A stretch of DNA of 64,000 nucleotides from Octopus sinensis (Eukaryota). Positions 23,641 through 36,631 of the stretch are shown in pieces. The notes below the pieces were generated by a model that was given only the letters and a program-made list of their open reading frames with translations, was not told the origin of the DNA and searched no databases. The position numbers and the translations under genes were made by a program. How positions within the stretch are numbered: the first letter of the stretch is position 1; every line of letters begins with the position of its first letter. The stretch spans positions 48,918,001 through 48,982,000 of the forward strand of contig NC_043015.1 in the NCBI RefSeq assembly GCF_006345805.1, written 5' to 3'.

Positions 23641-25957
23641 ACCATGAACTCACTTCATTTGTCAGGTCAAAGCACGTGCTGTGAGTAATTACTCAGAGTA
23701 GGCAGTTGGTGAAGTTTATGTAGTAAAACACAGGTGCACGGCTGAGTTGGAGGTAGGTTTACTTCTGCCTTTATAGTGCGTAAAGAAAATGTTGTTGTAG
23801 GAATGTACGCAGCATGTGTACTACAGCAGACCTATGCGTAGCTTAAATACTGAGATTGAAAGGCAGGGCATTGCTTAGAAAATATTTTTCATTTTCAACC
23901 TCGTATATAGTACGCACTAGGGATTTTGACCTTTAAATTTTGGGGAAAAAATGCTGATTATACTCAAGTATTACGGTACACACACATACACACACATATT
24001 TTGCAGACAAGAAAGTAAATTTCAAACACAGTAAAGCTTTAAGAAGTGTAGAGAAAGACTGGGTATTTCACCCTCAGAAGACAGAAGAAACTTGCTAGGC
24101 CACCTGCCAGCAATTTTTTTTTTCTGTCTTATCAGGATAAACACCCAATCCTTTTCTGCTGTTCTTACAGCTTTACTAAGTTTGAAATTTACTTTGTCTG
24201 CAAAATACCAACCACATTTGATGCTTCTATACATACATGGACATTTAAATTAATGTTTACATAAGTATTTAAATACATTAAAATATTAGGTCACGTTAAC
24301 TAATTTCTACTCTTAGTCTCCATTCAGGGGAAAATAAATTAACATAATAATGAAAAATAGGCCATTGAACAAGTAAATCTTTTGTCTGGTATAACCTCCC
24401 ACTGTCCTTGAATATAATTTCTCATACACACACACAGAAGTTTCACCGGTAAAATTGGACTCTCAATTATAATATAACACACGTTTGTAATATGGTTAAA
24501 TCATAGGACCTGAGAGGCTGAGCAGATGAAGTTAACAGACCTCATATTCAATGATATGCTAATCAAAAAACTTCATCTCGAAAATGTAATAATATCATTG
24601 CAATAAAGACAGTGCTTCAGTTAACCATATTTCTGGAGAAGTGAATTATTCTTTTTTTTTTTACTTGTTTCAGTCATTTGATTGTGGCCATGCTGGTGCA
24701 CTGCTTTTAGTTGAACAAATCAACTCCAGGACCTATTCTTTGTAAGCCTAGTACAAGCAATGATGAGGGGACAAACAGACACACAAATACAAACATATAG
24801 ACATACGACGGGATTCTTTCAGTTTCTTATTTCTTTATTGCCCACAAGGGGCTAAACATAGAGGGGACAAACAAGGACAAAGGGATTAACTTGATTACAT
24901 CAACCTCAGTGCATAACTGGTACTTAATTTATTGACCCCGAAAGGATGAAAGGCAAAGTCGACCTTGGCGGAATTTCAACTCAGAACATAACAGCAGACA
25001 AAATACCATTAAGCATTTCGCCCGCCGTGCTAATGTTTCTGCCAGCTTGCCGCCTTAGGTTCCTTTCAGTTTCTGTCTACCAAATCCACTCACAAGTCTT
25101 TGGTCAGCCAAAGGCTACAATAAAAGAGACTTGCCCAAGGTGCCATGCAGTGGGACTGAACCTGGAACCATGTGGTTGGGAAGCAAGCCTCTTACCACAC
25201 AGCCACTCCTGCACCTGTTTATTTACTTTTTTGTTTCACCTCATCATCGTCACAATTTTGCATCCATATTCCATGCTGGCAGGAGTCGAACAGTTTGAGA
25301 GGATCTGACAAATCAGAGGAGTGTATCGGTCTTCACCAAAACTCTTTTTTAACAAGGTTTCTACGGCTGGAGATCTTGTTTAATGCTAACTACTTTCCCA
25401 GTCACTGGTACAAGTGAGTCATCAAGCCGTTTGCAAAAGAAGACCCCTTGATTAGTAAGTTTGTGTGTGTGAGTATATATATACATATACACCTATAATA
25501 ATACTGGTGTTTTTCTCCGTCACAACATATGAATGAGAAAGGAAGGGGTGATGGCAAACTGGTAGTGGGAGTGTTTCAATTGTGAGTATATGTGTGTGTG
25601 TATGTAAAAGGGAGATGTTTGCATGCATGTGTGTGTGCATGTCAAGGAAGTGGGATGGTGAACATTCAATGCTGAAAAAAAAACTCAAACAGCGTTTCAA
25701 CTTCAAAATACTACAATTAGCCATTGTTTCTGACAGCACGGGACCAGCTAGTGTGTATATATATATATATATATATACACGCACACACAAACACACATAT
25801 ATAATGAAGCACTGGTGCAAAGAGCGTTTAGGTATGAGTAGAATTTAGGTTAGTTGAAATTTGTTCGTCACATATTTCAACTGTTTTTGCCTTTTAGCAG
25901 TTGAAAGATGTGAAGCATTTTTCAACTAATCTATATATATATATATATATATATATA

Positions 25958-28791
25958 GGCTTGGAAGGCCTGGAAGAACGGTGGTAGCAGGGAAGGGTAT
26001 CAGACTGCCAGAAGGGAAGCTAGGAGACAGGTCTATCTAGCCAGAGGGGAAGCAGATAAGAGAAAATTTGCCAATGTCCTGCGCCGTGAGGATGAAAGAC
26101 TTGAGGTATTTCGTGTTGCAAGACAGTGTGTGAGAGAGAATCGTGATGTGGTAGGAGAGAAATGTGTTCGCATGGAGGATGGTTCACTTGCGCTAAATGA
26201 GGATGCAAAGAGAGAAGCTTGGAGACGCCACTATGAAAGGTTACTGAATGAGGAAAATGAATGGGATAAAGAGAGTCTGCCGAATGTTGACCCTACAGAG
26301 GGACCAGCTATCCGAGTTGATAGTTCCGTGGTAGCTAAGGCAATTAGAAGCATGAAGACAGGGAAAGCCCCAGGCCCATCAGGAATTACTGCAGAGATGC
26401 TCAAAATATCTGGCAGTGTCGGCTATAACCTAGTCACCCGTATAGTCAACCAGGTGATACACGAAGGAGTCATACCCAATGACTGGTGCAGCAGCATACT
26501 AGTCAACTGCTACAAAGGTAAAGGTGATGCCCTAGATACAAATAATTACAGAGGTATCAAGCTGTTGGATCAAGTAATGAAGGTTACGGAGAGGGTCATA
26601 GCCCAACTAATTAGAGAGAGAGTTAGTTTAGATGAGATGCAGTTTGGGTTCGTGCCAGGAAAAAGTACCACTGATGCTATATTCCTGGTAAGGCAGCTGC
26701 AGGAGAAATACCTAGCCAAAGATAAGCCCCTGTACCTGGCTTTCGTTGACATGGAGAAAGCTTTTGATAGGGTCCCCCGATCCCTTATCTGGTGGTCAAT
26801 GAGGAAACTAGGGATAGATGAATGGCTGGTGAGGACTGTGCAAGCCATGTACAGAGATGCCGTAAGTAAGGTTAGGGTTGGCAACATGTACACAGAAGAA
26901 TTCAAAGTAGAGGTTGGGGTCCACCAGGGTTCAGTACTCAGCCCCCTCCTATTTATCATAGTACTCCAGGCAATTACGGAGGAATTCAAGACAGGCTGTC
27001 CCTGGGAGCTCCTCTACGCTGACGACCTTGCTCTTATTGCTGAGTCACTATCAGAACTGGAGGAGAAGTTCCAGGTGTGGAAGGAGGGTTTAGAATCAAG
27101 GGGCCTTAGAGTCAACCTAGCTAAAACCAAAGTACTAATAAGTAGAAAGGTAGACAATCCACAAATATCTTCAGGAAGATGGCCCTGCTCGATCTGTAGA
27201 AAAGGTGTAGGTAGAAACTCTATAAGATGTACCCAGTGTAAGCTATGGACACATAAGAGGTGCAGCAATGTCAAAGGTAGGCTAACTGGGAAGATAATTT
27301 TTGTATGTGGCAGATGCTCGGGAGCATTAACCTCCGAAAATCTGCAGAAAACAACTTCCGTCACTTTCCAGGGGGAAAAACTAGAAGTAGTTGATAGCTT
27401 CCGTTATCTAGGTGACCAAGTCAGTAGTGGGGGTGGGTGCGCTGAAAGTGTAACTGCTAGAATAAGAATAGCCTGGGCAAAGTTTAGGGAGCCCTTACCT
27501 CTGCTGGTGACTAAAGGCCTCTCGCTCAGAGTAAAAGGCAGACTGTATGATGCGTGTGTACGAACAGCCATGCTACATGGCAGCGAAACATGGGCTGTGA
27601 CTGCTGAGGACATGCGTAAGCTCGTGAGGAATGAAGCCAGTATGCTCCGATGGATGTGTAATGCCAGTGTACATACTCGACAGAGCGTTAGCACCTTGAG
27701 AGAAATGTTGTACCTAAGAAGCATCAGTTGTGGTGTGCAAGAGAGACGATTGCGCTGGTATGGTCATGTGGCGAGAATGGATGAAGATAGGTGTGTGAGA
27801 AAGTGCCAATCCCTAGCAGTTGAGGGAACCCGTGGAAGAGGTAGACCCAGGAAAACCTGGGACGAGGTGGTGAAGCACGACCTTCGAACTTTAGGCCTCA
27901 CTGAGGAAATGACCAGAGACCGAGACCTTTGGAAATATTCTGTACGTGAGAAGACCAGGCAGGACAAGTGAGCCCAGCCCACTTATGAATGCCTTTCCTC
28001 CCTTGGACACAAAGACCGGTTGAGGCAAGCGAAGTCGATATAGAACCTCATCCGACGACAGACACCCATCCCAACCCCCCATGCTTGCGAAGACATGTTG
28101 GGGCAAGCGAAATCGAAATCGAAATCGAAACCGAATTGAACCAGCCAGGATCCCTGGCCTGGTGGTACGTAAAAAGCACTATCCGACTCGGGGCCGTGGC
28201 ACGTAAAATACTCCAATGCGACCGTACGACAGGCACCCATGCCAACCCCCTTTGCTTGTGAAGACATGTTGGGGCAAGCGAAATCGAAATCGAAATCGAA
28301 TTGAACCAGCCAGGATCCCTGGTCTGGTGGTACGTAAAAAGCACTATCCGACTCGTGGCCGTGGCACGTAAAATACTCCAATGCGACCGTACGACAGGCA
28401 CCCTTGCCAACCCCCTTTGCTTGTGAAGACATGTTGGGGCAAGCGAAATCGAAATCGAATTGAACCAGCCAGGATCCCTGGTCTGGTGGTACGTAAAAAG
28501 CACTATCCGACTCGTGGCCGATGCCAGCACCGCCTCGACTGGCTTCCGTGCCGGTGGCACATAAAATACACCAATCTGACCGTGGCCGTTGCCAGCCCCG
28601 CCTGGCACCTGTGCAGGTGGCACGTAAAAAGCACCCACTACACTCACGGAGTGGTTGGCGTTAGGAAGGGCATCCAGCTGTAGAAACATTGCCAAATTAG
28701 ACTGGAGCCTGGTGCAGCCTTCTGGCTTCCCAGAACCCCGGTCGAACCGTCCAACCCATGCTAGCATGGAGAACGGACGTTAAACGACGAT
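25958..28791 (+). mobile_element. RTE-clade LINE, 5'-truncated (endonuclease domain absent), with long repetitive 3'UTR
   Basis: Open frame from 25959 to the stop at 27971 with RT motifs QFGFVPGKSTTDAI, FVDMEKAFDRV, GVHQGSVLSPLLF, YADDL and an RTE-type C-terminus (LYDACVRTAMLHGSETW...LRWYGHVARM...RGRPRKTW). The 3'UTR ends ...GTTAAACGACGA, with (TA)n on both flanks. Confidence 0.93.
25959..27971 (+). CDS. RTE reverse transcriptase ORF (partial) with internal Cys/His finger
   Basis: The track ORF 26130..27971 extends upstream in frame to 25959 (AWKAWKNGG...) without stops; RT motifs as above. Confidence 0.9.
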   Translation, partial: AWKAWKNGGSREGYQTARREARRQVYLARGEADKRKFANVLRREDERLEVFRVARQCVRENRDVVGEKCVRMEDGSLALNEDAKREAWRRHYERLLNEENEWDKESLPNVDPTEGPAIRVDSSVVAKAIRSMKTGKAPGPSGITAEMLKISGSVGYNLVTRIVNQVIHEGVIPNDWCSSILVNCYKGKGDALDTNNYRGIKLLDQVMKVTERVIAQLIRERVSLDEMQFGFVPGKSTTDAIFLVRQLQEKYLAKDKPLYLAFVDMEKAFDRVPRSLIWWSMRKLGIDEWLVRTVQAMYRDAVSKVRVGNMYTEEFKVEVGVHQGSVLSPLLFIIVLQAITEEFKTGCPWELLYADDLALIAESLSELEEKFQVWKEGLESRGLRVNLAKTKVLISRKVDNPQISSGRWPCSICRKGVGRNSIRCTQCKLWTHKRCSNVKGRLTGKIIFVCGRCSGALTSENLQKTTSVTFQGEKLEVVDSFRYLGDQVSSGGGCAESVTARIRIAWAKFREPLPLLVTKGLSLRVKGRLYDACVRTAMLHGSETWAVTAEDMRKLVRNEASMLRWMCNASVHTRQSVSTLREMLYLRSISCGVQERRLRWYGHVARMDEDRCVRKCQSLAVEGTRGRGRPRKTWDEVVKHDLRTLGLTEEMTRDRDLWKYSVREKTRQDK

Positions 28792-28808
28792 ATATATATA
28801 TATATATC

Positions 28809-28917
28809 TCAAAATAAGCAACAAAGATATCCAGAGGTAATGCAGTACCATCGTTTCAGGCAACTCCATGAAACGATCATACTGCATTACCTCTGGATAT
28901 CCTTTTGCTTATTTTGA
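28809..28917. repeat. Inverted repeat (about 50-bp arms) next to the RTE 3' end
   Basis: CAAAATAAGC...CATCGTTTCA / TGAAACGAT...GCTTATTTTG. Confidence 0.85.
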
Positions 28918-29207
28918 TTATAATCACCTTACTTTAAAACTGTATGGATAATACCGTATTAAATTCTGGTGCCTCAACTTAAGTAACATATTCATCTGAA
29001 TCTATCTATCCATATATAGCTATGTGTACCCACTACAGACATTTGTGGCTGTGTGGTAAGAAATTTGCTTCGGAGCCCCATGGCTACAGATTCAGTCCCA
29101 TTGAGTGGCATCTTGAGCAAGTATCTTCTATTATAATCCTGGGTTGACCAAAGCTTTGTGAGCAATTTGGTAGATGGAAACTGAATGAAGTTCATCATCA
29201 TCATCAT

Positions 29208-29254
<47 letters not shown>

Positions 29255-29602
29255 TGTGTGCATGAATGTTTATGTGTCTTGATATTGTGTGGTAGCTGTA
29301 AATGAGTGCCACTGTCACACAAGCGACATCATTCATTTCCGATATTCTGTAAAAACAGGTCTCACTATGGAGAAATATTACCTCATTTGGAAACAAGTGC
29401 AGGTTGGTAACAAGAAGAGCATCCAAGTGTAGAAAATCTGCCTCAATAAAACCACATCCGATCCATGCAGGCATGTTCAAATTCCACTGCCTTCAACTTT
29501 GCCTTTCAACCTTTCAGGATTGACAAGTACCAGTCATACACTGGGCTTATGTAATCAACTAGCATCTTCCTTCCCATCAAATTACAAGCCTTGTGCCTAC
29601 TC

Positions 29603-30020
29603 TCTTTTCTTTTACTCTTTTACTTGTTTCAGTCATTTGACTGCGGCCATGCTGGAGCACCGCCTTTAATCGAGCAACTTGACCCCGGGACTTATTCTTT
29701 TGTAAGCCCAGTACTTATTCTATCGGTCTCTTTTGCCGAACCGCTAAGTGACGGGGACATAAACACACCAGCATCGGTTATCAAGCAATGCTAGGGGGAC
29801 AAACACAGATACACAAACACACACGCACACATATATATATATATACATATATACGATGGGCTTCTTTCAGTTTCTGTCTACCAAATCCACTCACAAGGCT
29901 TTGGTCGGCCCGAGGCTATAGTAGAAGACACTTGCCCAAGGTGCCACGCAGTGGGACTGAACCCGGAACCATGTGGTTGGTAAGCAAGCTACTTACCACA
30001 CAGCTACTCCTGCGCCTATG
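29603..30020 (-). mobile_element. SINE family A, full length
   Basis: Reverse complement of 10934-11346. Further copies at about 21605-21950, 33880-34274 and 38140-38535 (all minus). Confidence 0.85.
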
Positions 30021-30280
30021 GTAGAAAAGGTTATCAACTTCGTTATTACTATGTATTTCATAATACATCGTTGTGTAATATTTCTTGTTTCTTTTTTTTA
30101 AAACCTAGATATTTATTTATTTAGGGCGAACTGGCTCACAAACCCATGATTGTGACTACATTTCCAAGTTAATTAGATCAGAGATAAAAATCAGGTTTCT
30201 CTGTTTGAGACCTGTGTACTCAAGCAATCTATTAATTATGTCATCTTAGCATTTAGTCACTACCTCCTACCCTCTTCCCT

Positions 30281-30341
<61 letters not shown>

Positions 30342-31241
30342 ATGTTCATATTTTATTCTTTTATTTGTTTCAGTCATTTGGCTGCAGCCATGCTGGAGCA
30401 CTGCCTTAAAGGGTTTTAGTTGGAGAAATTGACCCAGGACTTGTTCTTTGTAAGCCTTACTTATTCTATTGGTCTCTTTTGTCAAACTGCTAAGTTACAG
30501 GGATACAAACAAACATACAATGGACTCCTTTCAGTTTCTTATTTCTTTATTGCCCACAAGGGGCTAAACATAGAGGGGACAAACAAGGACAGACAAAGGG
30601 ATTAAGTCGATTACATCAACCCCAGTGCATAACTGGTACTTAATTTATCGACCTCGAAAGGATGAAAGCTAAAGTCGACCTCGGCGGAATTTGAACTCAG
30701 AATGTAATGCCAGATGAAATACCGCTAAGCATTTTGACCAGCGTGCTAACGATTCTGCCAGATCACCACCTTTCAGTTTCTGCCTACTAAATCCACTCAC
30801 ATGGATTTGGTTGGTCTGAGACTATTGTAGAAGACACTTGCCCAAGGTGTCACACAGTGGGACTGAAACTGGAACCATGTGGTTGGGAAGCAAGCTTCTT
30901 ACCACATAGCTACATATATACATACATACACATATATATACACATACATACATACATACATACATATACATACATACATACATACACATACATACATACA
31001 TATATACATACACATACATACATACATATATATATACATACATACATATATATATACATACACACATATATATATATACATACACACATATATATATACA
31101 TACACATACATACATATACATATACATACATACATACACATACATATACATACATACATACACATACATATACATACATACACATACATATACATACATA
31201 CATACACATACATATACATACATACATACACATACATATAC

Positions 31242-31279
<38 letters not shown>

Positions 31280-31474
31280 TTAAGGCACAATATATGGATT
31301 TATCTAATCTGGTGATAATCGCAAAAAAGCTCCTTTAGTGGATCAGGCTACAAGCCACTGAGTGAACCAATGCCTGGGGTTGTAATGTAGAGTCCTACGC
31401 AGACAAATCTATTATACACTAAAATAAATTATTTTTCCATGATGCTGATGTAGAGAGGGGCAACTGGTTATTGT

Positions 31475-31850
31475 GGCACTCCATTTGTTACGATGACGAG
31501 GGCTCCAGTTGATCCGATCAACGGAACAGCCTGCTCATGAAATTAACGTGCAAGTGGCTGAGCACTCCACAGACACGTGTACCCTTAACGTAGTTCTTGG
31601 GGAGATTCAGTGTGACCCAGAGTGGGACAAGGCTGGCCTTTTGAAATACAGGCACAACAGAAACAGGAAGAAAAGGGGAGAGAAAGTTGTGGTGAAAGAG
31701 TACAGCAGGGTTTGCCACCATCCCCTGTCGGAGCCTCGTGGAACTTTAGGCGTTTTTTCCTAAATAAACACAACACCCGGTCTGGGAATCGAAACTGATC
31801 CTACGACTGTGAGTCAGATGCCCTAATCACTGGGCCATTGCACCTCCACA
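31475..31850 (-). mobile_element. tRNA-derived SINE (fourth family)
   Basis: Minus-strand head GGTGCAATGGCCCAGTGATTAGGGC...GTTTCGATTCCC. Confidence 0.7.
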
Positions 31851-34800
31851 GTGACTGGTATGCATGGGTGACTGCTGGTCTTCCACAAACAACCTGGATT
31901 TGTGCCTTGGAGAGGAACTTTCTAGGTGTAATCCAATGATTGTTCATGACCAAAGGGGTTCTTTAGATATTCTTCTATTCCCTTACTTGTTTGCGTTATT
32001 TGATTGCAGCCATGCTGGAGCATTGTCTTGAAGCATTTTAGTCGAACAAATCAACCCCAGGACTTATTTAAGCGTAGTATTTATTCTATCAGTCTCTTTT
32101 GCTGAACTGCTAAGTTATGGGGATATAAACAGAGTCAGAAAAACACACACATGATATATATATATATATAACAGACTTCTTTCAGTTTTCATCTACCTGT
32201 GGCACCTGTACAGGTAATGTTGATCTGGTAGAGGGAGTGAACTTATGTCTATACAAACATTTGATCATTATAAACAAATCATCTGTGTGGTTGTTTGGCA
32301 AGAAATTGTCAAACCCTTGTACATTGACTAATGATAGGAGAATCCATTATTATAACCATATATGTGTCAATTACATTGCCAAACTTTCACTCAACCAAAA
32401 AGTCGTATTTGTATACAACGTTACAGACAGTCATTAAACTTTATGAGAAAAAGCTTTAGCAAACATGAATTATTCAATTAATACCAAGATAAAAGTATTA
32501 TATGATAGAAGAATGGAGTACTTTAGTATAAAGTGAAGTCACTAACAGCAAACAATACATTTCCAACCCAGTTCCTACTTAAAATATCATTTAGCAGTGA
32601 TCAAAAGATTTATAAATACGAGGTACATTTCAGTAGTTTTTAGTCTGCTTCAGAGGAGATATTTATTAACCCCTTGACGCCGGTATTACCTGAAGCATGC
32701 GAGACACTGCTCCGGTTTTTTTTTTATCTAATGAATCCACACAAACACACAAGTGCCAATGAGCTCGCGTCTATTTACGTTCACCGTTACAATAACATAG
32801 CATCATACATTCACGTCTACTGGTTTATGAAAACGAACTATGTGAAGCTATTTATCATAGTGCTAGTGCATGTATATACAGCTGGTCTCTCTCTCTCTCT
32901 GAACTCTCTTCTAGCATCCAACAAAGGACTATGTCCAAAGTGTTATACTCTCACTAGAAAACTTTTTTATCCTTCATTGAGAATTAGCCAAATAATATTA
33001 ACTGTAAGCATTCCAGTCCACTCTGTAAAAGGTATCCAGCTATGAAAACCATGCCAAAACAGCACCCCCCCCCTGTTGTGGTGGTGCCACATAAAAACCA
33101 CCCAGTCTTCTCTGTAAAGTGGTTGGTGTCTGGAAGGGCAGTGGAGCTTGGTGCAGTACTCCGGCTTGTCAGCTCCTGTCAAACCATCCAACCATGTCAG
33201 CATGTCAGTATGATGAAGATGATGCCTTGGACATTTGTTCTTTTGTATTTGATATGCAATACTAAGAAATGGCTGGATTAAAGTTGAAATTTGTCTTTAT
33301 ATTTAAGATGTCATCCAATGGAAATGCTGACATTGGTTTTAAAGGATTTCAGACATCAGTTATGAAAGTTGTCAAGGAATAACGTGAATTATATTAAATG
33401 TGTTTGGAGATCTCGAGCCAAGGATCTAGCAAGTAAGGTTCATGCAAAGAATCTAGTTGAAAGGATGACAGTCAACAAAGAAACATCTATTGTGTATCAC
33501 GATACTGGTTGGTTATATAAGATATAATTGTGTGCCGCTGTATTGACTGTGATTATAGATACAGTGGTACATTCTGATAAAAACAACAGAAGTGATGAAG
33601 AAGATCTGAGATGAAGACAAAGTAGACGTAGCTGAAAGATTTAATCTTGATTAATTAAGAGAGATCGACATTCTTTCATGATGGAACCTGAGATAAAAAA
33701 ATCTTTAGTTGAGGCCTGAAAAGATTACACAGGGAATGATCTAAGGATATGAAACAACTTCACTTGGACGAAAGGTTTAAAAAGATTTCCCAATAAGAAT
33801 GTGTACCAAAGTCTTAAGCCAACATCCAAAAATTCTGAGCCTTCAAATTCAAGTGCTGCCATTTTCTAAATACTCTCTCTCTCTCTTTTACTTGTTTCAG
33901 TCATTTGACTGCGGCCATGCTGGAGCACCACCTTTAATCGAGCAACTCGACCCTGGGACTTATTCTTTGTAAGCCCAGTACTTATTCTATCGGTCTCTTT
34001 TGCCGAACCGCTAAGTGACGGGGACATAAACACACCAGCATCGGGGGACAAACACAGACACACAAACACACACGCACATATATATATATATATATACACA
34101 CACATATATGACAGGCTTCTTTCAGTTTCCGTCTACCAAATCCACTCACAAGGCTTTGGTCAGCCAGAGGCTATAGCAGAAGACACTTGCCCAAGATGCC
34201 ATGTAGTAGGACTGAACCCGGAAGCATGTGGTTGGTAAGCAAGCTACTTACCACACAGCCACTCCTGCGCCTATACATACAGAAATGCTCATTTCTGAAC
34301 AAGTTCTTGCAGCTATCAATTTCCAGATATTTGCAGTTAACTCTACAGTACCTGGTTTATGTAATTAAATAATTTAATTCACTTTTAATACAACTATTTC
34401 ATTAATACAGACCGTATTCATAAACCTGTGCCGCAGTCATCTTCAGCATCAGGTAATTCATTTAATCATTTAATATTAAAGTTTCTAATGGTACAAGGTA
34501 CTATAGGGATATTTAATTGCTCAGTGGTGTGGTATTATCACATGGTCTCTTTGGTCTGTAAAAACTGATAACCTAGAAAGACTTTGGAATAAAAAATTCC
34601 TGAAAATAAGTGTACCAGTTTCTGCACAATAAAACTTTCGTTTTTGCACAATAAATCTGTATTCATATATCTCTCTTATTTCAGATGAGGAAGCCATATA
34701 TTCATCTCTTTGGCAAGACACTTGCTCCTCTCCCTCCATCATACTATCATATCTCTCAATATTGTATTCCACTCAGATGAGGGGTTTTGCCTTGCAGGTA

Positions 34801-35153
34801 CATGGTCACCCCCCACCAGTGGTGGTGGCACAAAAAGAAGCAAAAAAAGTACCCAGTACACTCTGTGAAGTGGTTGATGTTAGAAAGGGAATTTAGCAAT
34901 GGAAACCATTCCTAAGCAGATATGGGAGCTCAGCAAAGCCCTCTGGCTCGTCAGTTCGTGTTGGACTGTCCAACCAACACCAACATGGAAAAAGGGACAT
35001 TAAATGATGATGATGATAGTAAATTTTTGAAATTAAAAAAACTCCCCAAAAATACATCTTTAGTTTTCAATTAAAAAGAAAAAAAAAACAAAGAATAAAA
35101 AAAATTATCTGAAGAAATTTAGATATTTGTTCTTTTTATAGGCTAGTACTTAC

Positions 35154-35761
35154 CAAATGAACAAACGGCACAAAATAACCAAACAAAGAAATGCCACAAG
35201 ACAGCGCCCATATCACATAACCTTTGTTCTTCCATATATCCACATTGAGGTATTTTTTAGTCCAAGAGCAGCAATCATGCACATGTTCATATATACTCTC
35301 ACTTGACAATGTTAGTTGGCTCATAGCAGTTTCTTTTACTAACACCGGTTTCCAGGTCAAAGCACAAAATACCATCGTTGCCTCTAATCCACTCAAAATT
35401 AACAGAGTATTCTTTAACTGTACTCTCTCAATAAGAACTGGTAGAATCTGAGAGAAACTAACTGAAAATAAAGCACTTCCAAAAGACACCAAACCATTCA
35501 CAAGACCCATTTTCTTTTTGAAGTAATGTCCAAGGATGACAAGTGATGGAGAATAGATAAAAGCTCCGCCAACACCTATTAAGATGCCATAAGTTAGGTA
35601 AAGCAGTTCTAATTTGGTTACAAAAGCACTAGACAACAAACCGACAGTGGAAAGTAATGCTCCGAAACATCCAACTTTTCTGATTCCAATTCTGTCTGCA
35701 AGGATGCTTGCAAATATAGACATGAGAAAAGTCATTCCAATTGTAACAGATCCGACCCAGG
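35154..35761 (-). CDS. SLC16A10: MCT10/MCT8-group transporter, coding exon 2 (608 nt)
   Basis: Acceptor TTCCAG|CC at 35762/35761 gives T+CC = Ser, then WVGSVTIGMTF...YLTYGILIGVGGAFIYSPSLVILGHYFKKKMGLVNGLV...PFVHL; donor TTG|GTAAGT at 35154/35153, phase 0. The SLVILGHYFKK..GLVNG motif is typical of MCT8/MCT10. Confidence 0.95.
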
Positions 35762-35896
35762 CTGGAATTAAAATGGAAAGTAAGAACGATTACAATAACA
35801 TCTTCCAACGCAAAGAAATAACTGGATAAAATGGTACATTTTAAGGACTAGCAAAAACATCTTGAATAAAAATAACATTTTGTTTAAAAAAAATAA

Positions 35897-36290
35897 TAGT
35901 TAGTTAGTTAATTTTTTGGTTCAAAAAGCAAAAAGCAAGGCCATGTAGGGGGACATGGAGTTATGTACAGGGTGGTGTTCATGTAAAGAGTTCAGGCCAC
36001 TTGTGGTTAAGGGAGACTTTGAACCAAGCGGTCGTCGGCATCTTCACCATCTCGTCCGGCAGCTTATTCCACGGATCCGCAACCCGGACGGAGAAAGCCC
36101 CTCTCCTTCGATTGAGATGAAATCGTCGCAGATAGAGCTTTTCGAAATGACCCCGCAGCCGACGCTCTGGAGCAGGAGTGAAGAACAGCTCTTTCGAGAG
36201 GTTACACTTTCCGCTTATGATGTTGTGAGCAAGAATGAGATCACCCCGGCGTCGGCGTTTTTCTAAATAAGAAGTACCCATGCCGGTACT
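35897..36290 (-). mobile_element. CR1-type LINE 3' end (second family)
   Basis: LEKRRRRGDLILAHNII...LRGHFEKL...FSVRVADPWNKLP; (AACT)n tail about 130 nt upstream of the exon 2 acceptor. Confidence 0.85.
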
Positions 36291-36631
36291 GCATAAAAGC
36301 ACCCAGTACATGCTGTGAAATGGTTGGTGCTAGGAAGGGCATCCAGCCATAGAAATCATGCCAAAACAGACATGGAGCGTGGGTGGCTCTTCAGCTAACC
36401 AGCTCCTGTCAAACAGTCCAATCCATGCCAGCATGGAGAACAGGCATTAAGTGATGATGATGATGATGATGATGACATTCATATATATGTGTGCATGTGT
36501 GTCTGTGTGTCCTCGTTCCCTTGATGTTGCATGACAGTTGTAAATGAGCATTATGATCAGTGCTTGGAAACTGGTAAAGTTGACAAGAGAAAGAGTATTT
36601 GAAAATCTGCCAGAAAAATTCCCATCTAACC

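Noticed and set aside
32667-33850. Possible piggyBac element (TTAA-CCCTT start, acidic degenerate coding-like stretch)
   Set aside because: No matching right TIR or recognisable catalytic motif found; too degraded to call.
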